Assembly: GCF_018977255.1 (NCBI RefSeq)
Contig: NW_024704742.1
Location: forward strand, 136,960,001 to 137,024,000
DNA from: Callorhinchus milii
Lineage: Eukaryota
Length of the DNA: 64,000 nucleotides
Direction of reading: 5' to 3'
Shown: piece by piece, positions 53,155 through 64,000 of the stretch
Position numbering within the stretch: position 1 is the first letter of the stretch
Layout: every line of letters begins with the position of its first letter
Position numbers and translations under genes: made by a program
Notes under the pieces: generated by a model
Seen by the model: the letters and a program-made list of their open reading frames with translations, nothing else
Database searches by the model: none
Told to the model about the DNA's origin: nothing

Positions 53155-53456
53155 ATGTCGATCTTACCGTTCACCCCGCCTATCGTCAAGCGTTTGTTGG
53201 GTTGGAAGAAAGGCGCCGAGCCGCAGTCGCCCTCCTCCGCCTCCCCCTCGCCCTCCTCCTCCTCCTCCTCTTCGTCCTCCTCGTCCCCGTCCCAGCAGCC
53301 GCCGCCGCCGCCGCAGAATAACGGTCAGGACGACAAATGGTGCGAGAAAGCCGTCAAGAGCCTGGTGAAGAAGCTGAAGAAGACGGGGCAGCTGGACGAG
53401 CTGGAGAAGGCCATCACCACCCAGAACTGCAACACCAAGTGTGTCACCATCCCCAG
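53155..53456 (+). CDS. R-SMAD of the SMAD2/SMAD3 subfamily, first coding exon (N-terminal part of MH1); gene continues beyond the window
   Basis: gccATGt start; [19 protein letters not shown] ... [40 protein letters not shown]; phase-2 donor ccag/gtaagc at 53456/53457, the usual SMAD2/3 intron position. Symbol withheld because residues are mixed. Confidence 0.95.
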
Positions 53457-53510
53457 GTAAGCGGGGCCGGGGCCGGGGCCGGGCCTGCGGGGAGGCCAAC
53501 ACCGCCTCGC

Positions 53511-55190
53511 GCTCTCTCTCTCTCTCTCTGCTTCTCTTCCCTCCTTCACGCTCTCTCATCTTCTTTCCGCTCCTTCCTTCCCCCTCTCTCTCTCTCCTCG
53601 CCTATCCCATCCCTCCTTCTCTTCCCTCTCTCCTCTCCTTCTCTTCCCTCTCTCTCCTCTCCTTCTCTTCCCTCTCTCTCTCTCCTTCTCTTCCCTCTCT
53701 CCCCTCCTTCTCTTCCCTCCTTCTCCTCCTCTTCCCTCCTTCTCCTCCTCTTCCCTCCTTCTCCTCCTCTTCCCTCTCTCTCCTCCTCCTCTTCCCTCTC
53801 TGTCCTCCTTCTCTTCCCTCTCTCCCCTCCTTCTCTTCCCTCTCTCCCCTCCTTCTCTTTCCCCTCCCTCCCCTCCTTCTCTTCCCTCTCTCTCCTCTCC
53901 TTCTCTTCCCTCTCTCCCCTCCTTCTCTTCCCTCTCTCCCCTCCTTCTCTTCCCTCCTTCTCCTCCTCTTCCCTCCTTCTCCTCCTCTTCCCTCTCTCTC
54001 CTCCTCCTCTTCCCTCTCTGTCCTCCTTCTCTTCCCTCTCTCCCCTCCTTCTCTTCCCTCTCTCCCTCCTTCTCTTTCCCCTCCCTCCCCTCCTTCTCTC
54101 CCTCTCTCCCCTCCTTCTCTTCCCTCTCTCTCCTCTCCTTCTCTTCCCTCTCTCCCCTCCTTCTCTTTCCCTCCCTCCCCTCCTTCTCTCCCCTCTCTCC
54201 CCTCCTTCTCTTCCCTCTCTCTCCTCTCCTTCTCTTCCCTCTCTCCCCTCCTTCTCTTCCCTCTCTCCCCTCCTTCTCTTCCCCCCTTCTCCTCCTCTTC
54301 CCTCCTTCTCCTCCTCTTCCCTCTCTCTCCTCCTCCTCTTCCCTCTCTGTCCTCCTTCTCTTCCCTCTCTCCCCTCCTTCTCTTCCCTCTCTCCCCTCCT
54401 TCTCTTTCCCCTCCCTCCCCTCCTTCTCTCCCCTCTCTCCCCTCCTTCTCTTCCCTCTCTCTCCTCTCCTTCTCTTCCCTCTCTCCCCTCCTTCTCTTCC
54501 CTCTCTCCTCTCCTTCTCTTCCCTCCTTCTCCTCCTCTTCCCTCTCTGTCCTCCTTCTCTTCCCTCTCTCCCCTCCTTCTCTTCCCTCTCTCCCCTCCTT
54601 CTCTCCCCTCTCTCCCCTCCTTCTCTTCCCTCTCTCTCCTCTCCTTCTCTTCCCTCTCCCCTTCTTCTCTTCCCTCTCCCCTCCTTCTCTTCCCTCCTTC
54701 TCCTCCTCTTCCCTCTCTGCCCTCCTTCTCCTCCCCCTCTCCCCTCCTTCTCTTCCCTCTCTCCCCTCCTTCTCTGCCCTCCTTCTCCTCCCCTCCCCTC
54801 TCTGTCCTCCTTCTCTTCCCTCTCTCTCCTCTCCTTCTCTTCCCTCTCTCCCCTCCTTCTCTTCCCTCCTTCTCCTCTTCCCTCTCTGCCCTCCTTCTCT
54901 TGACTCTCTCATACGTCCCTCTTTCTCCTCTTCCCTCCGCTCCTTTCCTTCTCTCCTCTCCTCTTCCCCATCTCCCCCTTCTCTTCCCCATCTCCCCCTT
55001 CTTTCTCTTTCTATTCCCTCTATCTCTTTTCCCCCTTCCCAATCTCTCCTCTATTCTACTTCCCTTCTCCTTCCTTCCCCTCTTCCACGCTTCCTTCCCC
55101 TCTTTTCCCTCATTTCCTCTCTCTTTCCATTCTTCCCTTTCCCTCCTTCCTTCATCTTCTCTTCCCCTCCTTCTCTCCCCTATCTCTTTA
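53511..55190 (+). repeat. Polypyrimidine minisatellite and low-complexity tract
   Basis: Variants of ctccttctcttccctctctccc (~22-24 bp); I saw no A between 53611 and 54902. Confidence 0.95.
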
Positions 55191-56471
55191 ACTCTTAACT
55201 TTGTTCTGGCATTGTGTTCATGTGCAATTTGGTCTCTTATTTATAAAAAGAGGATACAGGAGCTTGGGTTAGATTTATATGGTCTTATTTCATTGCAGTC
55301 TAATATTTTTAAGTGAATTTAGAAGTGTGAGGTTGGTGTGCTTGTAATTTTGTGATTTTTAAAAAAGTATATAAATGTTTTATTTTTATTGAAAACTTAA
55401 TGCTGTCGGTTTTATTTTAGTGTATTTTTATAGTTTGTTATAATGCATAGGTTTTAGAGTGGAATTTAATCTAAATTATCGCTCAAGTCTTGTGTTGGGT
55501 TGTTTTCTTTTCAAATGTTTTGTAATAAGGGTGCACAGAAGTTGGTCAGCTTTGAAACTCAACAGTGCATTTTTAATAATAAAGTTGAGGCTTAAGCGTA
55601 ATTGGTGTAATCTTGTCCTCTTTTTAAAATATTTTAGTTTTTTAAAAACATGCAGAGTTCAATTCAGGATAATTCTAAAACATATATTTCAAAGCATTTT
55701 AATAAAATTTGCAATTCCCAAGTCTAATAGACTATTTGCAACCTTTTCCCTTGTTTCTTTTCTCTATATAAGACATGCATGATTGTGAAACACCTCAAAC
55801 GTTATTTCAGTGCATTTTATATTAAAATAAAAATTTAATTTAAAGGAGAGATGTTTCAATCTTTTCCCATGCTGTTTTATATACACATAGGTCAGCTCTG
55901 AAATGTTTCTTTCAGTGCATTTTTAAGTCTGAAGGAGGGGACAGGTGGTTGCAACAGAACCTGGTTGACTCTGAAAGTTTTATTTCAATGCCTTTTAGTG
56001 AAGTTTATAAGTCAAAGTGTCATTTAGACTTGATGATTGAGAGAGTCTGACAACTCTGCAGCTTTAATTTCAATAGATCTTATGTTAAAAAAAGCTTAAG
56101 GAATGCTCTAACGTTTCCCTTTTAATACAGTAGTTAAGGAATGCACAGTTTGTCTTAATTCTGAAAGTTAATTTAATTTTAAAAATCCATTGTCTTTATG
56201 AATAATTCTTTAGGAAAGAATTATTGCAGTCTTAACTTTTAGAATGCGCTTGGACCAACTGAGATTTTATGATGCATTTTAATAAAAAAAATTGTTTCGA
56301 ATAAAAGGAAGAGTTTGTTGCAATATTATTTCCTTAATATAAATGCACAAAACTTTAAAACATGAAATCGGTTCCTGTATGCCTGTTCAGATGGACAGTG
56401 AAAAATCCGTTGACACTGTTCAAAAAGAGAATAGAGTTGCTCCATGGGACCTGGTCAACAATCCCCTCGGT

Positions 56472-56664
56472 CAGGGTGGTCCAACTGATGGCCGAATCCA
56501 TCCCCGCTCCCTCCCCTCCCCATTTCATCTGGCCCACCCACTTCCTTCATAACCTATATGTTGTATTTCTGGAAGGGAAACTCAAAAATATTGCTTAAGT
56601 GTCCCGTGGACGTTTCTCAAATAGGGGACTCGGCCCTCAGCTGCCAAAAGTTTGGACCACCCTG
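56472..56664. mobile_element. hAT (Charlie-like) MITE, 193 bp
   Basis: Perfect 13-bp TIRs cagggtggtccaa / ttggaccaccctg; degenerate 8-bp flanks ccctcggt / gcctagtt. Confidence 0.75.
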
Positions 56665-56867
56665 GCCTAGTTGGCTATTTGAGGGACATTGCTGTGTGTA
56701 ATTTGTTCTGCAGCACTTGCCTATAAAATAGTTACTGCACTTTACAGTATGAATCCCATGAAGCTATTTAAGACAGACACCCTCTTGACGTGAAAGGTGC
56801 TATATCAAATGCAAGGATAATTTTTATAAATTTTGACAATTCTTAAGCTTACTAAGACTATAAGCTA

Positions 56868-57528
56868 TCCCTCAACTGTTCTTTTTACCCTACATCTGTG
56901 CCATGACCCGCTCTGCCTTCCCCCACCTCCGCAGTGTTGCCCGGCTCCGACACTGTCTCACACCGCAGGCCACTGAAATCCTCATACATGCCTTCGTTAC
57001 ATCCAGGCTCGACTATTCAAACTCATTGCTTGTCGGTCTCCCCAACTCCTCCCTCCACAGGCTGCAGATCATCCAGAACTCTGCAGCTTGTGTCCTCTCC
57101 CGCGCTAGATTCAGCGACGTAACAACCCCATCCTTACCCAACTTCACTGGCTTCCCATCACACGGAGATCACAAGATCATGGTCCTCACCTTCAAAACCC
57201 TTCACGGTCTTGTTCCCCCCTACCTCCTGACCTCCTACCGTCCTGTTAGCTCCCTCCGCTCAGCTGGTTTCGGCCTTCTTCATGTCCCCTGCCAATCTGC
57301 CCCCACCCTCTGGAACTCCATCCCGCAGTCCCTCGACATGTCTCCTCCCTTGCCTCCTTCAAGACCCATCTCAAGATCCTCCTCTTCGACCGTACTTTCG
57401 ATCTCCCTGCTTTCCCCCCCTGCCCTCCCCCACCCCGACCCCCAGCTCGGGTCCATAACTCTGTCCAGTGCCTTGGGTGGTCCTCCCGACGTGAAAGGCG
57501 CTTTACAAATGTAATTTTGTTGTTGTTG
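56868..57528 (+). mobile_element. 5'-truncated L2
   Basis: LIHAFVTSRLDYSNSLLVGLP; 3' hairpin and (TTG)n tail. Confidence 0.9.
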
Positions 57529-57717
57529 TAATTATTTTAATGTGACTTTTCAATAATTATTATTAAAAAATGCCGCTGCAACTTTTTTTTAAAAAGAAGA
57601 CTGGTGATGTTCATATCGGGTAAGAAATGCGGACTCTTAAAACTGCTTCGGATGCCATTTTGAAAATTTGTCATTGATTTTGTAAAAGATCTTTATGGTG
57701 CTTCATGTTCTTAATTA

Positions 57718-58260
57718 CAACAAATTACATTTGCATAGTGCCTTTCACATCAGGAGGAAGTCCCAAGGTGCTGGCTCTGCACCCGAGCTTGTGATTGGGA
57801 TCAGGAGGGGTGTAGAGCAGGACCGGTAGGTGAGTGATCGAAATTACGGTCAAAGAGGAGGGTGTTGAGATGGGTCTTGAAGCAGATAAGGGAGGAGGCT
57901 AGGTGGAGGGACTGTGGGATATCTCAAGACTGAGATAGATAGATTTCTTATTGCAAAAGAGATTAAGGGATATGGGGATAAGGCAGGGTCAGGTTTATTA
58001 GCTGGAGTTAGATTAGAAGATCAGCTATGATTGAATGGCGGGGCAGGCTCGAATGGCCGAATAGCCTATTCCTGCTCCGACATGTTATCTTATGGGATGG
58101 AGTTCCAGAGGGTGGGGGCAGAGAGGCTGAAGGCCACCCCGCCAATGGTGGGGGCCGTATAGCAGGCTGGAGCCTGCCGTGTGGAGGGAGCGGACAGGTT
58201 GCTAGGAGAGAGATAGGGAGGAGCAAGGCTTTGAAGTTGAGGACCAGGATCTTGAACTTA
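57718..58260 (-). mobile_element. Old L2 3' fragment with nested + strand CR1 3' end (~57922-58093)
   Basis: L2 tail at ~57718; CR1 tail gatcagctatgattgaatggcggggcagg inside it. Confidence 0.7.
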
Positions 58261-59949
58261 AATGCAAGGATTATTATTATACAGACAAGGAAGCAACTTG
58301 TAGAAACATTTTAGTTCATCTTATTACCTCCATAGTGTTAATGAAATGTTTTGAGGATGTTTGGCCCCATTCCCAGGGAAAATCAATATTTTTCCAATTT
58401 CTCCTCCTTCTGGTTGGAATAGTGTCCTCAATCATCCTACGGTCACCTCCTCCTGGCTCAGCGTCGAGCTCCACTACTGTTAAGCACTCAGATGCTTACC
58501 CCTGTGAAGAGCACTATAGAAATGCAAAGTGTTGTTAGTTGGGGTTGTTTCCTTCTGCCTTCCTTTCCTTCTTCCCTTGCACCCCAATAATCCAAATCCA
58601 GCATGTAGAAGTACTATTTTACTCTGATCTTCTTGAGCTGTGTCTGAAAGCCCTCTGCTTTGCCCATTCACAATTTATTTGGCTGCTTGTATGGCCTCTT
58701 ATCCTATCTCACTGCTTGGGTTCCCACTCACTCTGTGTAAAGCACTTTGAGATAGATGTACTCTATGTGAAAGGCGCTTTGATAAGCTGTGTCACTAGAC
58801 CTAGATGAAATATATGAGGTGGTAGCAAGTCTAAAGTTATACGGTGGATAAGCGATGTTTGTGGTATTCCCCTATCTTGTAATTCTTTTTATAATTGAAG
58901 TCATTTGTAAGTTTGTAAAATTCAGAAAGTATATTTGTCACACTTAGTGTTTCAATAGTTTTCGGGGGGATAAACAATTTTCGTTTTACTTGTCCGTCCA
59001 CTTATCGTGCCTGATAACAAGTGGCAGTGCTTCTAAGGTGATTTCAAAAAAATCATTCTCCCCTTTTCCTCCATACCATCACTTTGTGTGTCTGCATTAA
59101 ATTAAGAACCCTGCACTGTGGGAGTATTGTAGAGTATGTTGTCAAATGGTACTGCATGAATATACGGTGTTTTTTCCCTCTCTTCCTCATACCCTCCAGT
59201 ACTGAAGATGGTGAATGTTACCAGGGACGATTCAGCAGGTGGCAGTGATCCTCTGATGTCCTATTCAACTGTTCCGTTGTGAATTTTGCAACTATTGGAA
59301 AATTGGAAACAGCTGACTTTTCACCCCGATCCCAGGGATGCTAGGTCAATTGTAGTATTTAGTCTCCCATCTCAGAAAAGACTCAAACCTATTAGGCTTC
59401 CTGGTGTATCTTAGAAAGCCACTCTTTTTGCACCAATACATCAGGATAGAGTATTCACTAGTTTTAGTGTGGGAATACTATGGTTGCCAGCTGCTCTTGG
59501 TACCTTACCAGGAGGCAATTGTTCATCTATGAGCATGTCAATGAGTATCAGAAGTTATTTAACCATGGACTATCACAGCTAAGTCAACGTTGATCTCAGT
59601 TTACAGTCACATGTGAACTTTCCAGCAGAGATCTCGAGATAGCAATTAGAAGCCCTGGCTACAAGGGTTTTTTAAAAGAGAAATTGACACCTACATGAGT
59701 ATTTAAAAGGGTTGGGATGGGGTGGAAAGGTGAAACACAATAATGACTAGCAGCATATTAGTAGCACCATCTAATATACACAATTTGTGGAATGTTCACA
59801 TTTTCTGAAAGAGTTTGTAGTAATGCCCGTTATTCCTCACTAAATAAGTTTCTGAAAATCTCCCACGGGCAGGAGCTTGAAATTACATTTATATACTAGA
59901 TCTTATCTAAAATTACAGTGGTTTAAATATGAGTTAAGTTATCACCAAG

Positions 59950-60505
59950 ACCTTCATTCTTGCATTCATCACCTACAAGGTCCCCTTCTTGCTGGATTTC
60001 TCAACTCTTCCCTCCACAAGCTACAGATTATTCAGCTCGTGCTTGTGTCCTCCTCCGTACTAAGAACCAATCCCCCCACCCCCTGGCTCCACTGGCTCAC
60101 CATCCCTCAGAGAATTGAGTTTAAAATTATCATCCTCACTTTTAAAGCCTTCCATGATTTTGTTTCCCTACCTCTGCAACACCATATTAAGCCTGTTCCC
60201 TCCATGTCCACTGCCTCACTATTGGCGGTCAGTTCTTCAGCTTTCCTTCCCCACCCTTTTGAACTCCATTCCGGAAACCTTCGGCCTCGCCTCCTTAAGG
60301 CCTATCTCAAGACCTTCTTCTTTCACTGTGCCTTCGACCACATTCCCACCCCCTCGCCCTCCACCCCTCTTGATTACAACCCCCAGCTCGGTTGCGGATT
60401 AGTAGCTCTTTCACAGAGCTGGCACAGACACGATGGGCCGAATGGCCTCCGTCTGTGCTGTATGTTTCTATGTGAAAGGTGCTCTATAAATATAATTTGT
60501 TGCTG
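59950..60505 (+). mobile_element. Degenerate L2 3' fragment
   Basis: [30 protein letters not shown]. Confidence 0.75.
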
Positions 60506-62540
60506 TTATCAGATTATTATTCTGAGCCCCTCAATTCAGTTTTAAATTATGTACAAATTACCCAGATCAGCACAAGTGAAGTGCATTAAATGACATTATC
60601 TGTTATGTGGACCGTGGCAGAAACTTTATTCGCTGTAGGCACATGTATGTTGTGTGTTTGGTATGCTCGCAAATATGGTAAAATGAGCACACGTTGTCGT
60701 TATTAAGGTACATACTACTGAGCCAATGGGCACCTGGGAGTGATCTGACCTTTGAATTGTCAGCCTTTGAACAGGAGTAAAAAAATTGTCCATTAAGCAT
60801 CATTGGATTTTGATAGCGTCGATTTAGGTTAGATCCATAGAAATTTACAGCACAGAAGAAGGCCATTTGGCCCAAGCTGGCTCTTCTAAAAAGCAATCCT
60901 TTCAGTCCCATTTACCTGCCTTTTCCTTATACCCCTGTAGTTTGTTTATTTCCCTTCAGATAGCTATCTGTAGAGGCAGAATGAACTGCTTTGGATTTGT
61001 TGTTTACTGGCATAATGTGCTCATTTATGTGATTATAGAAGCAAAGTCGGCACAAAGTCTGAACAAAACGAGGGCAATGGGGAATAACAAATGCCTAGAA
61101 GGAATGATAGATGTGGCCTAATGAGAGGAATGATGAATTGTAGTTTAGCTTTACCTCAAAGCCAATTGGAGATCATAGTTTTAAGATTGCTCCCATGTGT
61201 CCTTATGACTCTTTTCTCTGGGGTATGGGGTTAGAATCATAGAATCATACAACACAGAAGGAGGCCATTCGGCCCAGTGTGTCTGTGCCGGCTCTTTGAA
61301 AAGAGCTACCAAAATCAATCCTACTCCACATAGTCCTACAAACTTGTCCTCCCCAAATAATTATCCACTTCTCTCTTAAAAGTTATTATTGAATTGGTTC
61401 CTCTGCGTGTTAACATAGACAATGCAGTCCTGATACAAAACTGAAGCCACAATCTTCTTATTCAGAGGTGAGAGTGCTACCAACTGAGCCAGGCTGACCT
61501 GTTGGTTCATGTCTTGCAGCAGGATGAGTTCCTAATGTAAATGGATGATTCTTACACCTTTTGAGCAAACATTCTTGATTGTTCATTGAATTGGTTGTTA
61601 ACAATCTCCTGGCATTATCGGGCAATGCAGAGAGTTCTCCCAATACTGAACAATATTGCTCCCTGCAAATTCAATTGACAGAAGTAGATGAATGGATTCT
61701 TTGTCTTATCACTGCTTGTGGAATGTTGCTGGTTTAAATAGCAGCCACACACGTCTGAATAGTTGCCATAAATAACAGTCGTGACATTTCAGAGTTGCCA
61801 TTGGGTGAACTATGTATAATTTACACTTTAAAGTGCTTTTCATGTTGAGAAGGTGTCTCAAAGAGTTTAACACTGCTGGCTAGGCACCTGAACTGGGAGT
61901 GGGCTGAAGGGAATGAGGTGGGGACTTGCGAACAAAAGAATGGTCAAAGAGGTACGGCTTCAAGGTCCTGTTTGCCCATTGAATTGGATGTTAACAATCT
62001 CATCTGTATCAAGCACTTTATTGTAGTGTATTTCAGAATTTCTGTGCAGTGACACATTGAAACGTTACCACAAAGTTTATCAACGGTGATTACAAAGAAG
62101 TAGTAGTTGGTATATAATAAGAGACATGTAATTACTTGCTCTGACAGATGTAACATATTTCACTGCAAAAATTGCAAGTGCAGTACGGGTGCATCCATTT
62201 TAAAATAGAAGGAGTCTTCTTGCAAAGCTTTCCTGTGCGTTTTGGATATATACACTGCATTCACGTGGGCTGTTCGCCTACAAAAAACACAGTCCCTACA
62301 TTTTACAATAGATTCTGTGAAGCGCTTTGAGGTGTCCCCCAAACATAAAAGGTGAAATGTAAATGTAAAGATTATTTAAATTGGCAGGTCATCCCCAACT
62401 CCCAAGTGGCAGAGAAAAGGAAACAAGGAATTTATTTTAGGCAGTTATTTTTTCATTTACATATTAGTTTGTAAAGATATCATTATGTTCGTGGATTAAC
62501 ATGTCTGGTAATTTTATATCCATGTCACTCTACCTGTGCG

Positions 62541-62544
<4 letters not shown>

Positions 62545-62578
<34 letters not shown>
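62545..62578. repeat. (CT)n microsatellite
   Basis: Direct reading. Confidence 0.9.
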
Positions 62579-62582
<4 letters not shown>

Positions 62583-62680
62583 ACTGATGTATGGTTTTGC
62601 AGCTACTCTGCACCACCTTTCCCAAGTGGATTATGATTTGTAAGCATTTCTGAGTATGAGGTTATGTGTAACATCTCAGT

Positions 62681-63123
62681 TCATAGAATCGTACAGCACA
62701 AAACGAGGCCATTCGGCCCATCAAGTTTGTGCCAGCTCTTTGATTAGTGCAATTAATGTCAATCCCACTCCCCAGCCCTTTCCCCATAACCCTGCGAACC
62801 CGTCCTCCTCAAATACCCGCCCACCGCGTTTTTAAAAGTAGTTATCGAATCGGCCTCGACCACCTTTCCAGATTCGAACAACTCGCTGTGTGGAAAAATT
62901 TCTTCTCCCCTCCCCTCTGCTTCTTTTGGAGACCATTTTGAATCTGTGACCTCGAGTCACCGACACACCCACTAGTAGGAACAGCTTTTCCTTTCTAACC
63001 TATCAAATCCCCTCATGATTTTGAAGACCTCTATTAGGTCCTCGTAACCTTCTCTGCTCCAATGAGGATAATCCCGGCCTCTCTCACCGTTCCTCATAAT
63101 CAAGGTCCCTCATTCCTGATACC
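62681..63123 (-). mobile_element. CR1 3' fragment
   Basis: catagaatc tail, ggccattcggccca; minus-strand GMRDLDYEER. Confidence 0.75.
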
Positions 63124-63145
63124 AGCAAAAATTGCAAGTGAGTTA

Positions 63146-63451
63146 TATAATAATCCTTGCATTTGATATAGCGCTTTTCAGGTCTTCTAGATGTCCCAAA
63201 GCACTTCACAAAATATACTGTGGAGTGAATTGACTGTATATTTTGTTGGAGAAACGCTGCAGCCAATTGTGCACAGCACTGTTCCACAAACAGTCCTGAT
63301 TGAAGTGACTTAATTTATTATTTTTTTCTTGAGGGATTATTATCAGGCATGTGGAATAAGGAAACTTGACCAAGGTTTCGCCCTGCCAGGAATCAAACCG
63401 AGGTCTCTTGCCTTGAGGCGAGTGCTCTAACCACTGAGCTACAGGACTCCA
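63146..63451 (-). mobile_element. tRNA-derived SINE, full length
   Basis: Reverse complement of the 716-1040 element, more diverged. Confidence 0.88.
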
Positions 63452-64000
63452 TGGGAGTTCAGTTTTTTGGCTGAGACATCGTTGGTCTCGGAATTAAAGC
63501 TTTGAATTTGATTGAACATCGGAGATGGTTTATTTTTCAAAATTAATTGATCACTGTTCCTAGCAAAGAAACCTGATATGTTTTATAGACCAAGATTATT
63601 CCAGTGTTGTACAGAAACAATCTATATATATATATATATGATTCTTGATGTTTTGGAATTCTAGTGTTTGAGAAACATAGTTACACTACGTTTTGTTGAC
63701 TCCTCCAAGGATAGGTGCTATGGTTGTGGCATTTATCAAAGAAGAAACTGAATTTGGATACTAATTCACTGCTGCAGTGCTTTCTTCATCCCTTTGGCTA
63801 TTCATAAGCAAGCTCTGATTTTTTCGCTCAAGATATTGTGTGAAATTGGCATGTGGTGCATTTGATGGTGTAATGTTTCATCTTTCAGTAGATGTGCAAT
63901 TACTAACTTGGGTAGGAGGGAGTTCTATCAGTAATGTATTACAAATGGTACAATTCAATAATTTTTCTGTATTTTGACTGTTACTAATGTTATTGTTACA

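Larger units (their letters stand above)
51700..53510 (+). promoter_or_regulatory. CpG island and promoter/5' region of the SMAD2/3 gene
   Basis: Dense CpG against a CpG-depleted background; GC boxes at 52452-52463, CCAAT at 52487, ccacgtcac at 52517, YY1-like ccgccat at 52116 and 52209, G-run at 52579-52592. Confidence 0.85.

Noticed and set aside
53337..55316. Four long ORFs (436-659 aa) rich in S/L/P/F or R/E/G
   Set aside because: A C/T tract cannot encode stop codons, so these are compositional artefacts
63860..63935. Acceptor-like tctttcag as the next SMAD exon
   Set aside because: Translation matches neither SMAD2 exon 3 nor SLDGRLQV, and reaches a stop
1..64000. CRISPR array, operon or other prokaryote-type system
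   Set aside because: No regularly spaced repeats or gene-dense region; this is intron-containing vertebrate DNA

Overview
Repeat-rich vertebrate genomic DNA. The repeat set (L2 and CR1 LINEs, tRNA-derived Deu-domain SINEs) suggests a cartilaginous fish, possibly a chimaera; that assignment is inference. There are two protein-coding genes on the + strand. The first is a complete two-coding-exon ZBTB7C-like BTB/C2H2 zinc-finger gene (35078-36309 + 41502-42102, 610 aa). The second, about 11 kb downstream in a CpG island, is the first coding exon of a SMAD2/3-family gene (53155-53456); its remaining exons were not found in the window. Nearly all other ORFs in the track are decayed LINE fragments, SINE-derived, or low-complexity artefacts. 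Points worth follow-up: the SMAD mixes SMAD2 and SMAD3 diagnostic residues and carries a 33-aa Ser/Pro insertion, raising a paralog-identity question; a perfect 72-bp inverted repeat downstream of the ZBTB7C-like stop; a 53-bp inverted repeat around stacked SINE tails; an L2 tail directly abutting the ZBTB7C-like splice acceptor; a ~1.3-kb adenine-free C/T minisatellite just inside the SMAD intron; two small DNA-transposon MITEs; and a graded series of SINE subfamilies. I found no convincing new multi-gene system. Repeat boundaries are approximate and were read by eye.
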